10,955 nt of DNA from Sulfurimonadaceae bacterium (lineage in GTDB: Bacteria; Campylobacterota; Campylobacteria; Campylobacterales; Sulfurimonadaceae). This document shows, piece by piece, positions 1 to 6,294 of this stretch. The notes beneath the pieces were generated by a model. It was not told where the DNA came from. It saw only the letters and a list, made by a program, of their open reading frames with translations, and ran no database searches. Every line of letters begins with the position of its first letter. Positions within the stretch are counted from its first letter, which is position 1. Both the position numbers and the translations under genes were made by a program. The stretch spans positions 1 to 10,955 of the forward strand of contig JBFESZ010000071.1 in assembly GCA_041548245.1 (NCBI GenBank), given 5' to 3'.

Positions 1-80
1 ATAAAAAGGCCCAATCTACCCAGAAAAAGAATAAGAATAAGATATAAATAATATTTAAAAAGTGTTTTTAATAAAAGCAA
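1..80 (-). CDS. 5' end of a membrane protein, truncated by the window edge (possibly LTA-synthase/sulfatase-like)
   Basis: Not in the ORF track. Minus strand reads AGGA-aacaac-TTG (RBS 87-90, TTG 80-78), then an open frame to the edge: MLLLKTLFKYYLYLILILFLGRLGLF. This is a hydrophobic first TM-like segment. The family guess rests only on recalled resemblance of this N-terminus. Confidence 0.65.
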   Translation of the reverse strand, partial: MLLLKTLFKYYLYLILILFLGRLGLF

Positions 81-98
81 GTTGTTTCCTACGAAGAT

Positions 99-116
99 GC
101 ACCCTCAAAAGGGTAC
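99..116 (-). other. Intergenic stem-loop (weak terminator or RNA processing/stability hairpin)
   Basis: Minus strand GTACCCT-TTTG-AGGGTGC: 7-bp stem with one G-U pair, 19 nt after the stop of the 68-aa gene. There is no U-tract, so it is not a canonical intrinsic terminator. Confidence 0.35.
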
Positions 117-135
117 GAAGAGTTGGGATAAAAAT

Positions 136-342
136 TTATGACTTTAATGCTTCAAGAGCAGCAATCACATCATCCAGATTGCTAAAAGGAAGATGAACCT
201 TCCATTCCGGATTGTTATCATCACCAGAGAGTGAAATGCCTATACTGGCCACAGAGTGGCTTCCCGGCCCGTATGGCTCATCTATCTTAGTCACTGAGAT
301 CACGCCGTTTTTTGTCCCGTCTAATGGAATTGTCTTACTCAT
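136..342 (-). CDS. Small hypothetical protein (68 aa)
   Basis: ATG preceded by AAGGA, which overlaps the lpxD stop (TAAGGACTTCTTATG). It lies 9 nt from lpxD on the same strand. Composition suits a soluble protein with a C-terminal amphipathic helix. Confidence 0.85.
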   Translation of the reverse strand: MSKTIPLDGTKNGVISVTKIDEPYGPGSHSVASIGISLSGDDNNPEWKVHLPFSNLDDVIAALEALKS

Positions 343-351
343 AAGAAGTCC

Positions 352-1308
352 TTAATTGGTTTTTAACAGTCTAGCCAATTTTGCTTGAAGTTTCAACCAT
401 GTTCGCTGTTCCATCAGCGGGAAACCACCATAGACCTTTGATCCGTCTTTCACATCGTTCGTTATACCCGAACGTGCTGCGAACTGCGAAAACGGAGCAA
501 TCTTCACGTGACCGGCAGTGGCGCTTTGTCCACCCATGACAACATTACGTCCCAATGTACTTGAACCGGCAACTCCACATTGTGCGACTAAAATAGAATA
601 CTCACCGATATCACAGTTGTGACCGATCTGTACAAGATTGTCTATCTTACACCCTCGGCGTATATAGGTGGACCCAAAAACGGCCCTATCAATTGAAGAG
701 TTTGAACCGATCTCCACATCATCTTCAACAACGGTGTTACCGTTTTGGTAGATCTTCACATGTTCGCCCATTTTTGTATGTGCGAATCCAAAACCGTCAC
801 TGCCGATCACTGCTCCGCTGTGAATGAAACAGTCTTTACCCACCACACAGTCACGATAAACCGTAGCGTTTGCATGCAGTACCGTATTGTCTCCAATACG
901 GACATTGCATCCGACAAAGGCACCCGGAAGAATCTTCACATTGGTACCTATGATACTACCTTTACCCACATATGCAGTCTCTGCAATAAAAGTCCCTTCA
1001 CCAATGACAGGCTCTTCACCTTGTGTCTCTATAACTTCAGGAGCAAAAAGTTTTGAAGCCAATGCAAGTTTTAAATATGGTTCTTCATCAATAAGTGCTA
1101 TACAACCGGAAGGAACCTTTTGCGCTGCCGCAGCATTACATAAAACAGCAGCTGCATTTGTTTTTTCAAGAGTTGAGAGGTATTTTGGGTTATCCAAAAA
1201 ACTCATTTGTGATGAGGATGCCTCACTTAGAGTATGCATGCCTTCGATTTCAACATCTGGTCCATCAAAGCTGACGCCTATAGCTTCGGCAATTTTAGAA
1301 AGTTTCAC
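352..1308 (-). CDS. lpxD: UDP-3-O-(3-hydroxyacyl)glucosamine N-acyltransferase LpxD
   Basis: N-terminal uridine-binding domain (SFLDNPKY), hexapeptide repeats, [12 protein letters not shown], and [12 protein letters not shown] carrying the catalytic His. The GTG start overlaps the ilvN TAG (TAGTG), with GGAG upstream. Confidence 0.97.
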   Translation of the reverse strand: MKLSKIAEAIGVSFDGPDVEIEGMHTLSEASSSQMSFLDNPKYLSTLEKTNAAAVLCNAAAAQKVPSGCIALIDEEPYLKLALASKLFAPEVIETQGEEPVIGEGTFIAETAYVGKGSIIGTNVKILPGAFVGCNVRIGDNTVLHANATVYRDCVVGKDCFIHSGAVIGSDGFGFAHTKMGEHVKIYQNGNTVVEDDVEIGSNSSIDRAVFGSTYIRRGCKIDNLVQIGHNCDIGEYSILVAQCGVAGSSTLGRNVVMGGQSATAGHVKIAPFSQFAARSGITNDVKDGSKVYGGFPLMEQRTWLKLQAKLARLLKTN

Positions 1309-1778
1309 TACATCTCCATCGCAACAACACCGCTGCGAACGATCTCTTTAGGATGAAAACGCTTGATCGCTTTTAAGAAGTTATCTACACGTTGAGGGAC
1401 ATCTGCGACATTACATATGATCACTTCTTCACCGACATTGACAATCTTTCCATTATAGGCTGCACACAAAGCGGCAATATCACTTAAACACTCTGTAATC
1501 GGGAACTTGACCAAAGCCATCTCTTTTTCAACAAGATTCTCATGCTCATAGACCTTTAAAACAGGAATAAGCTTGTGCAATTGCTTGATGATCTGCTCTA
1601 TTACACGAACTGAACCTTGTGTTACAATAGTTATACGGGAGTAGTTAGATTCAGGAATTGGCGCAACCGTCAATGAGTCAATGTTATAACCACGTCCTGA
1701 AAAAAGACCGGAAATTCGTGATAAAACACTTGCCTCATTTATTACGATTACAGAAATTACGCGTCTCTCATCTGCCAT
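1308..1778 (-). CDS. ilvN: Acetolactate synthase small (regulatory) subunit, IlvH/IlvN type
   Basis: ACT domain [42 protein letters not shown] and C-terminal EIVRSG. TAATG overlap with the large-subunit stop, with AAGGA RBS. Confidence 0.97.
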   Translation of the reverse strand: MADERRVISVIVINEASVLSRISGLFSGRGYNIDSLTVAPIPESNYSRITIVTQGSVRVIEQIIKQLHKLIPVLKVYEHENLVEKEMALVKFPITECLSDIAALCAAYNGKIVNVGEEVIICNVADVPQRVDNFLKAIKRFHPKEIVRSGVVAMEM

Positions 1779-3472
1779 TATTTATCCTTGTGCTCTAACA
1801 TCATATTAAACAGCGATCCACCTGCTGGTACCATTGGTAAAACGTTCTCCAAACGGTTAACGGTCACATCGATCAATGCGACAACGTTTTTCTCAACCGC
1901 ATCTTTAATGGCCGCATCAAACTCCTCTTTCGTCTTGACACGGTAACCTATACCTCCAAAGCTCTCTGCGAGCATCACAAAATCAGGCTGCATAGAAAGG
2001 TCCGTCGAAGAGTGGCGTTTGTCATAAAACATTGTCTGCCACTGACGCACCATACCCAAATAATTATTGTTCAAAATAACATTGATAACAGGAAGCTTAT
2101 ACTCGACCGACGTCATCAGTTCCTGAATATTCATCAAGATCGAACCATCACCGGTCACATTGATACTGATCTTGTCCGGACAACCACGTTTGACACCAAG
2201 TGCAGCAGGAAAACCGAAGCCCATAGTCCCAAGGCCACCCGAAGTGATCCATTGACGTGCACGACTGAACGGATAGAACTGCGCTGTCCACATCTGGTGT
2301 TGTCCAACATCTGTTGTAATGTTGGCATCATCACCTAAGAGCTCTCCTAAACGTTCAATTGCCCATTGCGGTTTGATGACTTCATCGCTGTCCTCATAAG
2401 AAAGAGGATGAAGTTTATCAAAATTGGCAACTGTTTCACGCCATTGCGCATATTTAGCACCGTCTATTTTTTCTTTTGCCAAAGGGATCATCTCTTGAAC
2501 AACATTCTTTACATCACCGACGATCGGGAAGTCAGCAGTAACCAGCTTAGAAACACTTGCAGGGTCAATGTCGATATGAATAACCTTTGCATGTTTTGCA
2601 AACTCGGAAAGTTTACCTGTTACACGGTCATCGAAACGCGCACCGACTGCTATCATCAAGTCCGCTTCAGACATAGACATGTTTGCCGCATACGAGCCAT
2701 GCATCCCGAGCATAGAGATCAGGTTCTCATTGTCTGCTCCCAATACACCTCTGGCCATCAAGGTCTCGACCGCAGGGATATTTGTCATGTTGACCAGTTC
2801 ACGCACTTCATCAGCAGCATTGGAATTGACGACACCTCCACCAAGATAAAAGATTGGTCGATTCGCTTCTGCAATGGCATCGATCGCTTTTTTGATCTGA
2901 CGTAAATTTCCTTTAACCGTAGGTTTATACGTCTCCATCTCGACAGTATCAGGATAAACAAACTCTTCAATCTGCGCGGTTACGTCTTTTGGAATATCCA
3001 CGTGAACCGGTCCCGGACGTCCTGTTGAAGCGACATAGAAAGCTTCTTTCATAATACGAGGAAGGTCTTTGGCATCCGTAACAAGGTAGTTGTGTTTTGT
3101 ACATGGACGTGAGATACCGACAGCATCGATCTCCTGAAATGCATCCGTCCCAATCAGAGACATAGGGACCTGTCCTGAAATAACAACCATAGGAATGGAG
3201 TCCATATAAGCATCGGCAAGCCCAGTGACTGCGTTCGTAAATCCAGGACCTGAAGTGATCATCGCGACTCCGACTCTACCTGTCGCCTTTGAATACCCTT
3301 CTGCAGCATGAATCGCTGCCTGCTCGTGACGAGCCAAAATATGTTGAAAACCGCTTTGTTTATAAATTTCATCATAGACATTCATAATCGCGCCGCCAGG
3401 ATAACCAAATACCACCTCGACGTTTTCCGCGATTAAAGATTCTATAACCATTTGAGCACCGCTGATCTGCAT
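1778..3472 (-). CDS. ilvB: Acetolactate synthase large (catalytic) subunit, biosynthetic type (IlvB/IlvI), 564 aa
   Basis: Motifs FGYPGG, RHEQ, TSGPG, DAFQE, RPGPV, GMHG, RFDDRVTG, DVGQHQMW, SGGLGTMGFG and the ThDP motif GDGS...NN..LGMVRQWQ. Start moved from 3484 to ATG 3472 (MQISGAQM) because GGAGAG lies just upstream of it. Confidence 0.97.
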   Translation of the reverse strand: MQISGAQMVIESLIAENVEVVFGYPGGAIMNVYDEIYKQSGFQHILARHEQAAIHAAEGYSKATGRVGVAMITSGPGFTNAVTGLADAYMDSIPMVVISGQVPMSLIGTDAFQEIDAVGISRPCTKHNYLVTDAKDLPRIMKEAFYVASTGRPGPVHVDIPKDVTAQIEEFVYPDTVEMETYKPTVKGNLRQIKKAIDAIAEANRPIFYLGGGVVNSNAADEVRELVNMTNIPAVETLMARGVLGADNENLISMLGMHGSYAANMSMSEADLMIAVGARFDDRVTGKLSEFAKHAKVIHIDIDPASVSKLVTADFPIVGDVKNVVQEMIPLAKEKIDGAKYAQWRETVANFDKLHPLSYEDSDEVIKPQWAIERLGELLGDDANITTDVGQHQMWTAQFYPFSRARQWITSGGLGTMGFGFPAALGVKRGCPDKISINVTGDGSILMNIQELMTSVEYKLPVINVILNNNYLGMVRQWQTMFYDKRHSSTDLSMQPDFVMLAESFGGIGYRVKTKEEFDAAIKDAVEKNVVALIDVTVNRLENVLPMVPAGGSLFNMMLEHKDK

Positions 3473-3501
3473 GTGTCTCTCCATATTTAAAAATTCTTTG
3501 T

Positions 3502-3535
3502 ATTATAGTGAAAAAACATTTGATAGAGGTTAAAA
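3502..3535 (-). promoter_or_regulatory. Putative sigma70 promoter of ilvB-ilvN-lpxD-hyp
   Basis: Perfect TATAAT at 3507-3502 on the minus strand, with upstream T-tracts (TTTTTT, TTTTAA) in place of a -35 box, as is typical of Campylobacterota. It predicts a leader of only about 24 nt. Confidence 0.65.
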
Positions 3536-3555
3536 GAGAGCGATTGGCCTTGCCA

Positions 3556-4470
3556 TTAGCTTAAATTAAGACTATTCTCACACGCTGCTATAGCAAGACC
3601 CTCGCGTAAGCCGTCATCAATGATGACAGAAGATTCAAAACCGAACAGATCAAAAAAGGCTGCATAGATCATCACACCGGATATGATCAGCTCTTCTCGA
3701 CCGACGCCTACGTATCTGGCACGTTCGTCAAAATTGAGTTCAAGCAACTCGTCTAAGGCTTTCATGCAGTCAAAATAGTTCAATGTCGTACCGTTAACAC
3801 GTTCGACATCATATGAGTCGTATGTCATACCCTGCTTAAACGCTGAAATAGTGGTCGGAGTTCCCGCGGTCGCGACAAAAAAATCAGGCTTTCCCTCGGA
3901 TTGGCAATATGCCTGCACATAAGCGTCTATCTCCTCTAGTTCATGTAACAGATTCGCATTCAACTTCTCTTGCGAAGGATATTTCGAAGCCATCGTCACA
4001 ATACCGACAGGAAAACTTTTAGATTCACTAAGATTGCCTTTTTTGAAAATGACCTCCGTAGAGCCCCCTCCAATGTCGATAAGGACAAACGAACCCCTAA
4101 AACCGAGTTCTTCCAAACGTCGTTCAACGGCAAGCAGTGTCAACTCTGCCTCTTTATGGGCACCGATAACTTTAAACTGCACACCGGTCTTATGCCATAT
4201 CGTCTCCAATACCTCTTTGGCATTGGAAGCACGCCGCATAGTTTCCGTCGTAACGGCAACACACGGATGGTTTTTAAAATCGAGTACTTCAGAGGCCTCA
4301 TTGAACCCGTCAAGGATGCGCTCAAGTGCGGCAGCTGAGACAACACCATCAGAATGTAAAAGTTCTGCTGTTTTGACTACCTTCTCATATTGAAGGGTAA
4401 ACTTTTTATTACCGCAATCTCTTTGTATCATACGAAGAGAATTGGAGCCTAGATCAATCGCAATCAACAT
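3556..4470 (-). CDS. ppx: Ppx/GppA family phosphatase, short form without the C-terminal HD domain (exopolyphosphatase / pppGpp phosphohydrolase), 304 aa
   Basis: ASKHA-fold motifs AIDLGSNSLR, MRRASN, KEAEL (catalytic Glu position), DIGGGSTE, TAGT and GLREG. AGGGA RBS overlaps the ilvA stop. Substrate (polyP or pppGpp) cannot be determined from sequence. Confidence 0.9.
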   Translation of the reverse strand: MLIAIDLGSNSLRMIQRDCGNKKFTLQYEKVVKTAELLHSDGVVSAAALERILDGFNEASEVLDFKNHPCVAVTTETMRRASNAKEVLETIWHKTGVQFKVIGAHKEAELTLLAVERRLEELGFRGSFVLIDIGGGSTEVIFKKGNLSESKSFPVGIVTMASKYPSQEKLNANLLHELEEIDAYVQAYCQSEGKPDFFVATAGTPTTISAFKQGMTYDSYDVERVNGTTLNYFDCMKALDELLELNFDERARYVGVGREELIISGVMIYAAFFDLFGFESSVIIDDGLREGLAIAACENSLNLS

Positions 4471-4476
4471 AAATCC

Positions 4477-5688
4477 CTATTGCATCTCACTGCTTAGGTA
4501 ACCATGCTCAAGCAGTAATGCGCGAATCTCATTCTGATGAGTTTCACCTTTGGTCTCAAGATGTATAGTCACATGAGCATCACCATAATCCAGGGTCGTC
4601 GAAGTCCTGTCATAGGCGATATGGACAATATTGGCATAAAGTCCCTGAAGCAGTTGCGTCAGTTTCATTAACGATCCCGGTTTGTCTACCAAGGTCACCG
4701 TTAGTTTCATTTTGCGATGAGATTTCAAAAGACCTTTCTCAATGATTACCGAGAGCATTGTCACATCGATATTTCCCCCACTGAGAATAACACCGACTTT
4801 TTTTCCTTTTATCCCTGTGACCTTGTTATGCAAAAGTGCTGCAACACCGACAGCTCCTGCACCCTCGACCACAAGCTTTTGGCGTTCAAGAAGATATAAA
4901 ATTGCATTGGCGATCTCTTCATCATCAACGGAAACAACCTCATCAACACTCTTGAGCATATACTCCAATGTGATCTCAGAAGCATCACGCACGGCGATAC
5001 CGTCTGCAATAGTACGCACCGAAGTCGTGTCCATAGGTCGTTTCTGTTCATATGAATTTTTCAAAGCAGGTGCACCTGTCGCACTTACCCCTACAATTTT
5101 AATCTGAGGCTTAATCGCTTTGATGGCCGTTGCCACACCGGAAATAAGTCCTCCTCCACCCATAGGTACAAGGACCACATCCAGGTCTGCGTGTTCGTCC
5201 AGCATCTCTAAAGCAACACTGCCCTGACCAGCCATCACTTCATCATCTTCAAAAGGGTGAATGAACTCAAGTGCGTTCTTTCGCGCATACTCAATCGCAT
5301 AGGCATAGGCTTCATCATAGTTGCCCCCCGCTAAAACGACCTCAGCTCCATACGAGGTCACACCGTTAATCTTGGTAATCGGTGTTGACTCAGGCATGAC
5401 AATCACGGCCTGTATGCCAAAATGCTTCGCTGCGAAAGCAACACCCTGCGCATGATTCCCGGCACTTGCCGCAATGACGCCTTGCGCTCTTTGTTCATCA
5501 GTGAGTGAAGCGATCTTATTAAAAGCCCCGCGAAGTTTGAACGCTCCTGTAATCTGCAAATTCTCTTTTTTCATATAAATCTCTGCGTCACACAGTGTAC
5601 TCAATAGCGGAGCACGGGCGAAAGGTGTCTTGACCACTACCCCTTCAATGCGTTTTGCTGCTGTTTGGATCAGTTCTAAGTTTAACAA
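4477..5688 (-). CDS. ilvA: Threonine ammonia-lyase (dehydratase), form with a single C-terminal ACT domain, 403 aa
   Basis: KKENLQITGAFKLRGA (PLP Lys), ASAGNHAQG, HPFED, PMGGGGLISG, TIADGIAV, EGAGA, SGGNID and ACT DKPGSL. TTG start with AAAGG RBS. Confidence 0.96.
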   Translation of the reverse strand: MLNLELIQTAAKRIEGVVVKTPFARAPLLSTLCDAEIYMKKENLQITGAFKLRGAFNKIASLTDEQRAQGVIAASAGNHAQGVAFAAKHFGIQAVIVMPESTPITKINGVTSYGAEVVLAGGNYDEAYAYAIEYARKNALEFIHPFEDDEVMAGQGSVALEMLDEHADLDVVLVPMGGGGLISGVATAIKAIKPQIKIVGVSATGAPALKNSYEQKRPMDTTSVRTIADGIAVRDASEITLEYMLKSVDEVVSVDDEEIANAILYLLERQKLVVEGAGAVGVAALLHNKVTGIKGKKVGVILSGGNIDVTMLSVIIEKGLLKSHRKMKLTVTLVDKPGSLMKLTQLLQGLYANIVHIAYDRTSTTLDYGDAHVTIHLETKGETHQNEIRALLLEHGYLSSEMQ

Positions 5689-5692
5689 TCAA

Positions 5693-6124
5693 CTACCTTT
5701 GTAATACTGCATGTTCGACCATGGTACATTTATTCTGTACAACTTTAAGGCCTGCTTTTTGAACCATCTCGGCCGCTTCGTTATTGACGATTCCCTGTTG
5801 CGCCCAAAATACTTTAACATCTCCCCGTGCCAAAACAGCTTCCGCCACCATTGGTAAAGCATTGGGCTTTCGAAAAATATCAACCATATCGACTTCAAAA
5901 GGTATCTCGGCCAAAGAACGGTACACCTTCTCTCCCAATATCTCATCCTCTTTTGGATAGATTGGGATGATTGTGAAGCCCTGCTCTTTTAAATACTTGG
6001 CAACTCTGTGACTTGCTTTAGAAGGGTCTGGAGAAAGTCCCAGGATCGCTATCGTCTTTGTGTTCTCAAATATCTCTTTGATCTCATCACTTGTACTGTT
6101 AACTGTCGGGAATTCACACTCCAT
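5693..6124 (-). CDS. CoA-binding protein (YccU-like, CoA_binding_2), 143 aa
   Basis: KTIAILGLSPDPSKASHRVAKYL, IIPIYP, VDMVDIFR, FWAQQGI and VVQNKCTMVEH. Start placed at ATG 6124 (MECEFP) behind AAGGAG; the track's 6151 start has no RBS. Confidence 0.92.
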   Translation of the reverse strand: MECEFPTVNSTSDEIKEIFENTKTIAILGLSPDPSKASHRVAKYLKEQGFTIIPIYPKEDEILGEKVYRSLAEIPFEVDMVDIFRKPNALPMVAEAVLARGDVKVFWAQQGIVNNEAAEMVQKAGLKVVQNKCTMVEHAVLQR

Positions 6125-6171
6125 AGTATCTCCTTTAAGACCTGCCAACATGTCCGGCTTTTTATCGGGGG

Positions 6172-6180
6172 ATTATATCA
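6172..6180 (-). promoter_or_regulatory. Extended -10 sigma70 promoter of the CoA-binding-ilvA-ppx operon
   Basis: Minus strand TGATATAAT matches TGnTATAAT exactly, 47 nt upstream of ATG 6124. Confidence 0.7.
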
Positions 6181-6244
6181 GAGTATAACAAAGTTCTCAA
6201 TTAGCGTAAAACAATACCCGGAATTTCAATACAAAAAATAATTG

Positions 6245-6253
6245 TGCTAAAAT
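6245..6253 (+). promoter_or_regulatory. Extended -10 sigma70 promoter of the PAS histidine kinase
   Basis: TGCTAAAAT (TGnTAAAAT) with an AT-rich upstream region, 41 nt before ATG 6295. It overlaps the track's GTG 6244, which argues against that start. Confidence 0.6.
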
Positions 6254-6294
6254 ATTCCATAACGAACCAAACAATATCATGCCGTGGAAACCAG

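Noticed and set aside
27..43. Short tandem AAGAAT repeat
   Set aside because: It simply encodes Leu-Ile-Leu-Ile-Leu in the TM segment of the partial minus-strand CDS.
3473..3555. Possible ilv attenuator/T-box or sigma54 site upstream of ilvB; small TGGC-CTT-GCCA hairpin
   Set aside because: No Ile/Leu/Val-rich leader ORF or terminator; the GG-GC spacing is 11, not 10; the stem is only about 4 bp.
745..5107. Plus-strand ORFs (745-1056, 887-1351, 2012-2338, 2366-2905, 3970-4338, 4034-4393, 4717-4899, 4742-5107) and nested minus-strand ORFs (2785-2970, 4140-4349, 4809-5051)
   Set aside because: They lie within well-supported genes, have no recognisable motifs, and look like antisense or alternate-frame shadows.
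6162..6169. Minus-strand CCCGATAA resembling a sigma28 -10 (GCCGATAA)
   Set aside because: No TAAA -35 at 15-nt spacing (TTAT is found), and a perfect extended sigma70 -10 explains the site better.
6244..6294. Track start GTG 6244 for the kinase (likewise 3484 for ilvB, 6151 for the CoA-binding gene and 10940 for the hybrid kinase)
   Set aside because: RBS and promoter positions favour 6295, 3472 and 6124; the hybrid kinase frame is open to the window edge.
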